From Wolbachia endosymbiont of Cimex lectularius (GTDB taxonomy: Bacteria > Pseudomonadota > Alphaproteobacteria > Rickettsiales > Anaplasmataceae), in assembly GCF_000829315.1 (NCBI RefSeq), contig NZ_AP013028.1, forward strand, positions 1,080,001 to 1,112,000: DNA of 32,000 bases, read 5' to 3'. Shown piece after piece: positions 1 to 8,328 of this stretch (its first letter is position 1; each line of letters begins with the position of its first letter). The notes under the pieces were generated by a model that was given only the letters and a program-made list of their open reading frames with translations, made no database searches and was not told where the DNA came from. The position numbers and the translations under genes are program-made.

Positions 1-656
1 AAATCAATAAGAAAAGTGATGAGCATCACTTTGTTATATGCACTATTACTGATGATGAACTAAGAAAATATTTAAAAGATAACTGTATAAAATTGGAAAT
101 TCCCTATCGAGCAATATTATCACATATTATTAGAGAAATTTCTTCCTATCTTGAAATTGAAAAAGACGAAAAGCTTGACTTGCATACTGAGATAAATAAT
201 GAGTATTTTCAGCGCATTGAGGCAATAAACTACACTATTAATCATGATGACGGACAAAATATTCAAGATATTGATAAGGCAGACATAATCTTGATTGGAG
301 TTTCGCGTACATCAAAATCTCCCACCAGTATGTATTTAGCTTATCGGGGTTATAGGGTTGCAAATATTCCCTTTGTTAGTGAGGTACCCTTTTATGTTGA
401 CTTAACAAAGTTAGAGAATAAGCTGACAATAGGGCTAACAATAGATGCAAGTAGGCTGGTGGAAATACGCAAAAATAGACTTACTTCAATTAACAACGAA
501 AATAATAATGTATACGCTGACCCTAAGAAAGTAGAAAAGGAAATTAAAAAAGCAGAGGAACTTTTTAAACAAAACAATTGGCCAATTATAGATGTAACAC
601 AAAAGTCGATCGAAGAAGTGTCAGCAACGATTATACAATATTTTAATAGAATGTGA
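1..656 (+). CDS. PpsR/PDRP-family (DUF299) pyruvate,phosphate dikinase regulatory kinase/pyrophosphorylase, 5' end off-window
   Basis: Frame 3 is open from position 3 to the TGA at 654-656, so the listed ORF 93..656 starts at an internal Met. Contains P-loop-like [11 protein letters not shown] followed by [13 protein letters not shown], typical of this family. Confidence 0.85.
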   Translation, partial: INKKSDEHHFVICTITDDELRKYLKDNCIKLEIPYRAILSHIIREISSYLEIEKDEKLDLHTEINNEYFQRIEAINYTINHDDGQNIQDIDKADIILIGVSRTSKSPTSMYLAYRGYRVANIPFVSEVPFYVDLTKLENKLTIGLTIDASRLVEIRKNRLTSINNENNNVYADPKKVEKEIKKAEELFKQNNWPIIDVTQKSIEEVSATIIQYFNRM

Positions 657-725
657 TAAATTTATCAATTGACTAACTCTTTGTAAGTAGCCATAATATG
701 AGATAATTTGGTTTTCGCTATAGCT

Positions 726-854
726 ATGAAAGTTAAAGGCTCACTAAAGTCCCATCGCAGCAGAGATAAAAACTGTAAAGTTGTGAGAAGGAGTGGTAAA
801 ATTTACGTTATAAATAAAGTAAAACCAAGGTGTAAAGCCCGCCAGGGTTCTTGA
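726..854 (+). CDS. rpmJ: 50S ribosomal protein bL36
   Basis: Small ORF below the track cutoff: ATG 726, TGA 852-854, 42 aa [42 protein letters not shown]. This matches the alphaproteobacterial L36 pattern (RRxGxxYVINKxxPRxKARQG). Confidence 0.9.
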   Translation: MKVKGSLKSHRSRDKNCKVVRRSGKIYVINKVKPRCKARQGS

Positions 855-1052
855 GTATCAGCCATAAGTTGGTTATGCAATAGATTTATCGGTTGCCTTG
901 AAACAAAGGGGGGTTACAGTGGCCAGAATGCAGTGTCAGTTGTATATCCGGGCTTGGCTTGCGGTAAAAGGGTTCTAAGCTGTAACTAGGATGCTCAGTT
1001 TTTTATTCACTTTTTCATGTTATACGTTTTTTAGTTTCTTATATGTAAAAAT

Positions 1053-1370
1053 ATGGTGTTTGTATTTAGAAATAAGAAGAAGTTACTGTGTTTAAGTATA
1101 GCTTTGCTCATTTCTTCTCTTACACTATATTTTAGTATCAGTACAATTACGGGTAAACGTGGCTTATCAGCATTAATGGATTTAAAAAAAGAGATAGAGT
1201 ACAATAAACTTTTGCTAAAGAATATATCTTTTGAAAGGGAAAAGTTGAGTAATAAAGTGTTTGGCTTATATGAAAAAAGCTTAGATTTGGATCTGCTTGA
1301 TGAACAAGCAAAAAATGCTCTGGGTTATGTGAGCCCTAAGGAGCTAATGGTTGTTCTCGATGTGGAATAG
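1053..1370 (+). CDS. ftsB: Septum formation initiator (FtsB/DivIC-like)
   Basis: 105 aa with one N-terminal TM helix (LLCLSIALLISSLTLYF) followed by a coiled-coil-like segment. Size and topology fit FtsB. Confidence 0.75.
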   Translation: MVFVFRNKKKLLCLSIALLISSLTLYFSISTITGKRGLSALMDLKKEIEYNKLLLKNISFEREKLSNKVFGLYEKSLDLDLLDEQAKNALGYVSPKELMVVLDVE

Positions 1371-1382
1371 CAACATCTTTAA

Positions 1383-2081
1383 ATGAAAGAAAAAAACCGC
1401 TATAATCCAAGTGCAGGCATTATAAACGAGATGAAAGTGAAAAATATCTTATTAGCGCTTTTAATACAGGCTATGTTTGGGTTGCCATCATTTGCGGCCG
1501 ATCCTATTTTGCTCAACTGTATTGAAACTCCAGAGATTTATGATCTTGATGCAAAACCAAAAAGCTTTAACTCTTCAAATAATTTAAGAAGAAAACCTGG
1601 TTCTCCAAGTAGCGCAACAGGAGAATTGATAAGCATAGTGGGTAGAGTTACTGATGTAAACTGTTTGCCAATACAAAATGCTGTAGTTTCTATATGGCAC
1701 GCGAATTCACGCGGCGTAAACCATTATGATGAAAATGTGGAGGATGATAAGCTTGATCCAAATTTTGCCGGATCAGGAAGGTTTATAGTGAATAACCTTG
1801 GCTATTATAATTTTATTACAATAGTACCTGGTAAGATTGGTGATAGGGCTCCACACATCAACTTTTTGGTTCAACATCCAGATTTCCCAGAGTTCACAAC
1901 ACAAATGTTCTTTGCCGATCATAATTGCAACAACTGTGCTGATTCTGTTCTTGGGGATCTTATTGATAATGGACTTGCAAGCCTTCTGATAGCACCATTT
2001 ACTTATAATGATCGGGCCATTAAGACCTACACATTTAATATCACCTTAGGTGGGTATAATAAATTTTCTGATAAAAGATAA
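1383..2081 (+). CDS. Secreted intradiol ring-cleavage dioxygenase-like protein
   Basis: 232-aa ORF. The internal Met at 1431 gives a signal peptide MKVKNILLALLIQAMFGLPSFA. Core segments VVSIWHANSRG..HY, GYYNFITIVPG and RAPHINFLV resemble PcaH/CatA-type motifs (WQAN..G.Y, RPAHIHF). Confidence 0.8.
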   Translation: MKEKNRYNPSAGIINEMKVKNILLALLIQAMFGLPSFAADPILLNCIETPEIYDLDAKPKSFNSSNNLRRKPGSPSSATGELISIVGRVTDVNCLPIQNAVVSIWHANSRGVNHYDENVEDDKLDPNFAGSGRFIVNNLGYYNFITIVPGKIGDRAPHINFLVQHPDFPEFTTQMFFADHNCNNCADSVLGDLIDNGLASLLIAPFTYNDRAIKTYTFNITLGGYNKFSDKR

Positions 2082-2135
2082 AATCCTTGCATATCAGGGG
2101 AGTTCATAGTAATCTTAAGCGCTGTTGTACTTAAA

Positions 2136-3680
2136 ATGTATATGAAAAACATCTTACTAATGTTTTTACTATGTTTTATATGCAGCTTACAATTATTTGC
2201 AACGGAGATGTCAACGATGAAGATAACAATTTCTAAAGCTTTACCTGATTTTGAAACGCTAGTAGTAGGTTTGTTTGAAAACGATGAATTTATAAGTAAC
2301 GGTAAGGTTTTACAAGATAAGCAAATTACAGATAACATCAAGAGATTTAGTGATTTCAATGGAGGTTTTGGTGAATTTTTCTCCATTACTTCATCAGAGG
2401 GAAAGAATGTTATAGTTGCCGGGCTTGGCAAGAGAGATGAATGGGATGAAAACAAAGAATTAAATATTGGCGGAAAAATATATTGCGAACTAAGCAGATT
2501 AAAAATCAAACAAGCGGTAATCTCAATCGAAGGTAATGCAGCAAATGTTGCATACGGTGCATTTTTGCGCAGTTTTAAGTTTGATAAGTATAAAACCAAA
2601 AAGGATGAAAAAGTTACAGAAGTAGAGGAGATTACAGTGCTAGCGAAAGATGAGCAATTCAGTAATGCTGAAAAATCATTTGAGCGTTTAAGACAAGAAG
2701 GTGAAGGCATATTTCTTGCACGTGCTTTTACCACTGAACCACCTAATGTTTTATATCCAGAATCCTATGCTGATCACATAAAAACCGAGCTTACTAAGCT
2801 TGGTCTTGAAATCGAAGTGCTTGGTAAGAAGCAGATGGAAGAGAAAAAAATGGGAGCATTGCTTGGGGTAGCACAAGGAAGTAGTAAAGAGCCAAAATTA
2901 GTAGTGATCAAATGGAATGGAGCTTCCAAGGAACAAAAGCCTGTAGCTTTTGTGGGTAAAGGTATAACGTTTGATACTGGTGGAGTGTCACTCAAGCCTT
3001 CGCGTGGCATGGAGTCAATGAAATATGACATGGCAGGTTCTGCTACTGTGGTTGGGGTGATGCGTACTCTAGCTGGACGAAAAGCGAAGGTAAATGCGGT
3101 CGGTGTGGTTGCACTTGCAGAAAATGCAGTGGACGGTAATGCTCAAAGACCAAGTGATGTAGTAACTTCGATGTCTGGGCAAACAATAGAGGTATTAAAC
3201 ACCGATGCAGAAGGAAGGCTCATACTTGCGGATGCTTTGTGGTATACGCAGGACAGATTCTCACCTAAGTTTATGGTTGATCTTGCAACTTTAACTGGTG
3301 CCATAGTGGTTGCGCTTGGGAATAACGAGTATGCTGGTCTTTTTTCCAATAATGATGAATTAGCAAATCGTCTTATCGATGTAGGAAATGAAGTAAACGA
3401 GAAGTTGTGGCGTTTTCCTATGAATGAGACTTACGATAAAATTATCGACTCGCCGATTGCTGATGTTCAAAACATCGCTCCTGCAGGCTCTGGTGGGGAT
3501 AGCATAATGGCTGCGCAATTTTTACAGCGTTTTGTAAATGAAACTTGCTGGGCACACTTAGACATTGCAGGTACGGCTTGGCATGAAAAAGGCACTGATA
3601 TTTCTCCAAAAGGAGCGGTGGGTTTTGGTATAAGGTTGCTTAATAAATTGGTTGCAAAATACTACGAAACGGGTAACTGA
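2136..3680 (+). CDS. pepA: Leucyl aminopeptidase (M17 family)
   Basis: M17 signatures VGKGITFDTGG and NTDAEGRL in the C-terminal catalytic domain. The true start is probably 2208 or 2217 (MSTMKITISK), with GGAG at 2204-2207. Confidence 0.93.
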   Translation: MYMKNILLMFLLCFICSLQLFATEMSTMKITISKALPDFETLVVGLFENDEFISNGKVLQDKQITDNIKRFSDFNGGFGEFFSITSSEGKNVIVAGLGKRDEWDENKELNIGGKIYCELSRLKIKQAVISIEGNAANVAYGAFLRSFKFDKYKTKKDEKVTEVEEITVLAKDEQFSNAEKSFERLRQEGEGIFLARAFTTEPPNVLYPESYADHIKTELTKLGLEIEVLGKKQMEEKKMGALLGVAQGSSKEPKLVVIKWNGASKEQKPVAFVGKGITFDTGGVSLKPSRGMESMKYDMAGSATVVGVMRTLAGRKAKVNAVGVVALAENAVDGNAQRPSDVVTSMSGQTIEVLNTDAEGRLILADALWYTQDRFSPKFMVDLATLTGAIVVALGNNEYAGLFSNNDELANRLIDVGNEVNEKLWRFPMNETYDKIIDSPIADVQNIAPAGSGGDSIMAAQFLQRFVNETCWAHLDIAGTAWHEKGTDISPKGAVGFGIRLLNKLVAKYYETGN

Positions 3681-3705
3681 AGCTTTAATACTGAAATTTA
3701 GAAAG

Positions 3706-4260
3706 CTATGGGCTTTGGGTTTTTTCTGGGTCTTCTAATGGTTTAAAACTTGGATTATCTATTGCAGAAGGTGGCTTCATTTCTTTCACTTTCTCATTAA
3801 CTTTTTCCTCTACCTCCTCTATTTTACCTTCACCAATGGCCATAATTTTAGGTAGAAAATCGTCCATAAAACCTTTCAATTTCTTCATATCTTCCACATG
3901 AGTACTATCACCTTTTTCTATAAGCCTTTTCATCTCATCTTCTGAAAAATTTTGAATGGTCCCGTCCTTTATTAATTCTTTTATAGCGGAACGTTGCCCT
4001 TCACTTTGAAGCATTTTTATTATTTCTATTTTGTTATTAAGCGTTGTTTGTTCTTCTCCGGTACTCTTGGGATATTGTTCCAATAGATCGTTCTTCAATT
4101 TTGCAAAATTATTCTCTCTTGCTTGAACTGTAGGCAATTTATCGATCAAGTCCTTCACAAAACTTTTAATTGCTTTTCCTAAAGACTCAGCACCTTCTTT
4201 TGTCTCACCCCTACTTTGATATATAGCATAACCAATAGCAACTATAGCCACTAGTGCCAC
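3706..4260 (-). CDS. Hypothetical protein, downstream half of the split membrane protein (TM helix plus Lys/Glu-rich helical domain)
   Basis: 184-aa ORF from a GVG start. Its frame stays open upstream to about 4300, reading GWGGLALAGFVALVAIVAIGYAIY, and overlaps the end of the upstream ORF in the -1 frame. Confidence 0.6.
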   Translation of the reverse strand: MALVAIVAIGYAIYQSRGETKEGAESLGKAIKSFVKDLIDKLPTVQARENNFAKLKNDLLEQYPKSTGEEQTTLNNKIEIIKMLQSEGQRSAIKELIKDGTIQNFSEDEMKRLIEKGDSTHVEDMKKLKGFMDDFLPKIMAIGEGKIEEVEEKVNEKVKEMKPPSAIDNPSFKPLEDPEKTQSP

Positions 4261-4274
4261 AAACCCAGCTAACG

Positions 4275-4712
4275 CTAATCCACCCCACCCATTAATGCAC
4301 CAGCCACTCCTCCTATTGCTAATGTACCTGCCAGTGCACCTGTTAGTGCTGTAATAGCTGCTCCACCTATAACTCCTTGAGTTAACAACTGGTTACCTAA
4401 AGCTTCGAGCTTTCCCTCCATGCCCTCTACTTTGTTTGCTTGCTCAAGAAGTATTTCTAAGTCTTTTTTGTTCTCTGTAAGGTATCCAGTTACAGTACCC
4501 AACAAACTTTCATTGCTCTTCAGTAATTCAGTAACATCCTCGACACTTAATTTATTAAATTCCTTATCTAAACTTTTAAAATCCTCATTATCTTTTAATA
4601 AGTCCTCCAATTTGCTTACCAAATCTGGCTTTTCTCTAATATATCTTACTATATTTTCAATGAATTGGTCCAAATCAGCTGGATTTGTTGCACCACCTTC
4701 TACCATATTCAA
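4275..4712 (-). CDS. Hypothetical protein, upstream half of a split membrane protein (acidic helical N-domain plus Gly/Ala-rich hydrophobic C-terminus)
   Basis: 145-aa ORF ending GVIGGAAITALTGALAGTLAIGGVAGALMGGVD then TAG at 4275-4277. No family recognised. Confidence 0.6.
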   Translation of the reverse strand: MNMVEGGATNPADLDQFIENIVRYIREKPDLVSKLEDLLKDNEDFKSLDKEFNKLSVEDVTELLKSNESLLGTVTGYLTENKKDLEILLEQANKVEGMEGKLEALGNQLLTQGVIGGAAITALTGALAGTLAIGGVAGALMGGVD

Positions 4713-4856
4713 GTCCTATCAGTTATAAACATGCCTAATTATACATAACAATTATTAACTATATCATAACTAGTATGAAGTAATTAATACAATTACCCCT
4801 TTTCAAACATGGAATTTGTACTACAATACCTAAATTATATGAAAACAAGGTACTCT

Positions 4857-5549
4857 ATGGGTGAAAAAAAATTAAAAGCTGCTGTGGTTTTATCAGGATG
4901 TGGTCATCTCGACGGTGCAGAGGTGAGAGAAGCTGTTTTAAGCTTGCTCGTGCTTGATCAGCAGGAAGTGGAAGTCAAATGCTTTGCACCTGATATCAAT
5001 ATTGCACAAGTTATGAACCATAAAACAAAAGAGGCGGTAAAAGAGAAGAGAAATGTACTTGTAGAAGCAGCAAGAATTGCAAGAGGTGAAATATATGACC
5101 TAAAGGAAGCCAAAGCTAAAGATTTTGACATGCTAGTTGTACCCGGCGGATATGGAGTTGCGAAAAACTTATCTGACCTAGCTGAAGGTAAAGACATGGT
5201 AACAGTAATACCCGAATTTGAAAGATTAGTTTCAGAATTTTTTGCTGCAAAAAAGCCAATAGGGGCGATATGTATATCTCCAGCGGTGGTTGTTTTTATT
5301 TTAAGTAATAAAATAGGCAAAAGAGGAAATAAAATTAAGGTGACTATAGGAGATGACAGAGAAAAGTTGATAGAAAAGCTTGGTGGCGAGCATATAAAGT
5401 GCGATACAGAGTTGTCAATAGAAGACGAAGAACATAATGTATTTTCCTGCTCTGCTTATATGCGTAGCGACGAAAGTACGTACTCTGTATATCAAGGGAT
5501 AAAACATATGATTGACGGCATGGTAAAAAAGATCAACAAAGGAAATTAA
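4857..5549 (+). CDS. elbB: Isoprenoid biosynthesis/glyoxalase ElbB (DJ-1/PfpI superfamily)
   Basis: AAVVLSGCGHLDGAEVREAVLSLLVLD...CFAPD...RNVLVEAARIARGEI...LVVPGGYGVAKNLS is collinear with E. coli ElbB. The start is placed at the Met giving MGEKKLKAAVVLSGCG (the ORF opens at 4809). Confidence 0.85.
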   Translation: MGEKKLKAAVVLSGCGHLDGAEVREAVLSLLVLDQQEVEVKCFAPDINIAQVMNHKTKEAVKEKRNVLVEAARIARGEIYDLKEAKAKDFDMLVVPGGYGVAKNLSDLAEGKDMVTVIPEFERLVSEFFAAKKPIGAICISPAVVVFILSNKIGKRGNKIKVTIGDDREKLIEKLGGEHIKCDTELSIEDEEHNVFSCSAYMRSDESTYSVYQGIKHMIDGMVKKINKGN

Positions 5550-5606
5550 TACCAAATCCCAATGGTAATAGGACAAATTAAAGATACCGTTTTGCCAATC
5601 AACAAG

Positions 5607-5850
5607 GGTGTCATTCCAGCCCTTCCTCCTGTCATCACTGCCATTAAGTTAAGAAAAGTTGGGTGTTACGTCTTTCGTCCCAAACAGTCTACAATTGTTA
5701 TTTTTTCAAATCTCTTGGATTTTATTTGCCTAAAAATTCATCATAATTACTCAATCACTTCAAATTTTTTGTCTAATCTTAACTCCTCTTTCCTTAACTT
5801 AATGGCAGTGATGACAGGAGGAGGGGCTACTTCCATGACATCATTTGTTG
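5607..5850. repeat. MITE-like palindromic element
   Basis: Perfect 29-bp inverted repeat: CCTCCTGTCATCACTGCCATTAAGTTAAG (5625-5653) versus CTTAACTTAATGGCAGTGATGACAGGAGG (5793-5821). Imperfect pairing extends outward (GGTGTCATTCCAGCCC / GGGGCTACTTCCATGACATC). It lies between convergent elbB and gmk and shares the GTCATTCCAG..CCTCCTGTCATC motif with the murC insert. Confidence 0.7.
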
Positions 5851-5909
5851 TGCGAATTACCTTGGCAAAATAAATGCTCGTACAGTGTGGGTAAGGTCAA
5901 TCAATAGAC

Positions 5910-6500
5910 CTACTTTTCCTGTGATCTTTTAAGCCTTTCTTTATTTAATATGGAGCTTATCTCTTCTACACTTTTATCAATATCGTCATTGATTATTACA
6001 TAATCATATTTATTGCTTTTGCTTATTTCCTTTTGAGCTTCGGCTAATCTGCGTTCTATTTCACTTGCACTGTCAGTGTTACGCTTTTGCAGACGTAACC
6101 TAAGCTCTTCCATTGAAGGGGGAAATATAAAAACACTTACAACTTTTTTCCTCATAAGCTTAAATAAATGAAATGCTCCTTGCCAATCTATACTCAGTAA
6201 GACGCTTATTCCACTGCTTAAGTTCTGTTCTATAAAATTTCTCGGTATGCCATAAAAGTTCTCAAAAACTTTGGCGTACTCAAGCATTTGACCGGCTTCG
6301 CATAACTCGTGAAACTTTTCCTCGGTAACAAAAAAATAGTCTTTGCCATTTATTTCACCAGGGCGAGGTTTACGCGTGGTCATAGAAACCGACCTAACTA
6401 AGTTAGTCGATCGCTCAAGTAATCTCTCTAATATGGTAGTTTTGCCAGCTCCAGAAGGAGAGGATAAAACCAATAATACACCCTCACTTTTTATGGTCAT
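5910..6500 (-). CDS. gmk: Guanylate kinase
   Basis: P-loop LSSPSGAGKTT, then RKPRPGEINGKDYFFV and the rest of the Gmk fold. The start is placed at the Met giving MTIKSEGVLLVLSSPSGAGKTT (the ORF opens at 6566). Confidence 0.93.
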   Translation of the reverse strand: MTIKSEGVLLVLSSPSGAGKTTILERLLERSTNLVRSVSMTTRKPRPGEINGKDYFFVTEEKFHELCEAGQMLEYAKVFENFYGIPRNFIEQNLSSGISVLLSIDWQGAFHLFKLMRKKVVSVFIFPPSMEELRLRLQKRNTDSASEIERRLAEAQKEISKSNKYDYVIINDDIDKSVEEISSILNKERLKRSQEK

Positions 6501-6540
6501 TTTTCTTTTCCAAGTAGTTTCATCGTGGTACGTTTCATGT

Positions 6541-8328
6541 TTAACTAGTATTTTCCAATATGGCACTCTTCAGATCAGATTTAAAAAAACTAGAATTATC
6601 TAAATTAGAATCTGATAAGTTGGTACCAATAAGGAAAGAATTGTCAAAAACAACATGACGTAAATCAGCTTTTTTAAGATTTGCCTTATTTAAATTAACA
6701 TTTATAAATTTTGCTCTACTCAATATCGAATTAGAGAAATCGGCATTCTCTAGGTTCATATCCTTAAATTCAAAATAAGCGTAATTCACATCAAATTTTT
6801 CACCCTGTGATATCTTTTCTTGCAAATCTTCAATTGAGATTATAGCACCCTCTAAGTCTGCAAGCTTTTCCTGTCCTTCATTGCCAATTAGAATTGAATG
6901 ATCAAACTTACAATCTGTTAAACGAGCATCAACAACCGAGCCTTCATATAAGCTCGAAGAGTCAAAAGATGTATTACCAATCATTGAATTATTGAAATTG
7001 CTGAGAAAAAAGCCTGTTTTTTTAAAAGTATTATCATGAAGCAAAGAAGATCTGAAATCGGTTTCAATAAAATTTGAATTAGTTACTTTTAGATTAGACC
7101 AGCTTGAGTTATCTGCTATTAAATTAAAGAATGTTGAGCTCTCCACTTCACTAGAGTCGATGCTATGGTAAGAGAGTTTGCTATTATAAACTTGAGAGTC
7201 TTGTATTTTGACCTTGTACATTGAAGCAGCAGAAAGATCTGTACTTTCTATCTTTGCAGAGGTAAATAGCGAATGATCGAAAAACGAACCGTTCATGTTA
7301 GAATTTGTAACTTTAGTATTATAAAACTTTCCGTGACGAATGTCAGAATCAGAAACGTCAACTTGATGTAGCTCGCTAAAACTGAAATCAATATCAGATA
7401 AATCGGTATCTTGAAAACTGACTTTAGAAGCATATGAATGTTTTACCTTGGAACCATGTAGTATAGATTGAACAAAACTTGAATTATTACCACTTACGTA
7501 GGAAATCTGCGTGTTGCTTAAATTAGCTCTATTGAAGTTACTTTCAATTATAGCAGAAGAATTAAGGCAGATGTTAGAAAGATCGCTGCCTGTGAAATCT
7601 GATTCTCTTATTTCTGCACCATATATATTAGCGTTCTCTAACGAGGAAAATTGTATTTTTAGTTTGTATGAATCCACTCCAAAAAAATTTGCATTGCTAA
7701 GATTGCTTTTCTGCATAACAGTATCGTTTACTTCACTATCGCTAAAATTTACATAACTAACATTCGAGTTTAGTAAGCTAGAAAGATTCATTTTTACATT
7801 TGAGAAATTAGTATGTAAACCAGTTATATTATGCATTTTTGCCCTTTTAAGATCAGAGCTGATAAACTCAGCATAACTAATATCAGACTGACCAAATGTA
7901 ATATCTGCTAAATTTGCAGAAATAAATTTTGCAAAACTCAGATTTGTACCTTCTATTCTTATACCTTGCAAATTAGCATTGGAAAAATTTGCCCCACGCA
8001 AATCAGCATTAATAAAGGATACACCTGACAAGTCAGTATGAGAAAAATCGGCACCAATTAGACTGACTCCATCAAAAATAGACCCATTGAGGTACAATCG
8101 ACTAAAGTTAGCTCCATTTAAGTCAGGACCAAAACCTTTTCCAAAGTCTTCTGGTACGCCTTTTTTGTGACACTGTACTAGAAATTCAGCAAAGTCTTTT
8201 TTACTGTAAGACACATACTTTGTCTTATGCAGGATATCCAAAAAATCACTGACCGGATTCTTCTTATCATTTACTTCACTTCCGTAACACAAATGACCAA
8301 TTAAGATTAATATCAAAAATCTAATCAT
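6541..8328 (-). CDS. Pentapeptide-repeat protein with N-terminal signal peptide
   Basis: 595 aa. Starts MIRFLILILIGHLCYGSEV, then long runs of A(D/N)LxX-type pentapeptides (ANFSNANLQGIRIEGTNLSFAKFISANLADITF...) across almost the whole length. Confidence 0.9.
   Translation of the reverse strand: MIRFLILILIGHLCYGSEVNDKKNPVSDFLDILHKTKYVSYSKKDFAEFLVQCHKKGVPEDFGKGFGPDLNGANFSRLYLNGSIFDGVSLIGADFSHTDLSGVSFINADLRGANFSNANLQGIRIEGTNLSFAKFISANLADITFGQSDISYAEFISSDLKRAKMHNITGLHTNFSNVKMNLSSLLNSNVSYVNFSDSEVNDTVMQKSNLSNANFFGVDSYKLKIQFSSLENANIYGAEIRESDFTGSDLSNICLNSSAIIESNFNRANLSNTQISYVSGNNSSFVQSILHGSKVKHSYASKVSFQDTDLSDIDFSFSELHQVDVSDSDIRHGKFYNTKVTNSNMNGSFFDHSLFTSAKIESTDLSAASMYKVKIQDSQVYNSKLSYHSIDSSEVESSTFFNLIADNSSWSNLKVTNSNFIETDFRSSLLHDNTFKKTGFFLSNFNNSMIGNTSFDSSSLYEGSVVDARLTDCKFDHSILIGNEGQEKLADLEGAIISIEDLQEKISQGEKFDVNYAYFEFKDMNLENADFSNSILSRAKFINVNLNKANLKKADLRHVVFDNSFLIGTNLSDSNLDNSSFFKSDLKSAILENTS

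Noticed and set aside
860-1010. Naming the GC-rich island as SRP (4.5S) RNA or a tmRNA piece
   Set aside because: I could not find the conserved SRP helix-8 motif (GGAA-type tetraloop with AGCA/GUCAGG loops). I also found no tRNA-like T-arm or CCA end. It is kept only as an unnamed candidate.
2136-2207. Signal-peptide-like N-terminal extension of PepA (MYMKNILLMFLLCFICSLQLFA)
   Set aside because: M17 aminopeptidases are cytosolic. The internal starts at 2208 and 2217 have a GGAG nearby. Hydrophobic Phe/Leu/Ile runs arise easily in AT-rich upstream sequence.
2027-2734. 235-aa ORF on the minus strand
   Set aside because: It is entirely antisense to the well-supported pepA and dioxygenase genes. 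Its Ser/Leu/Phe-rich composition is typical of shadow ORFs, and it has no recognisable motifs.
5562-5873. 103-aa ORF between elbB and gmk
   Set aside because: It spans the two arms of the 29-bp inverted repeat and is best explained as a by-product of the MITE-like element. It has no RBS and no family resemblance.
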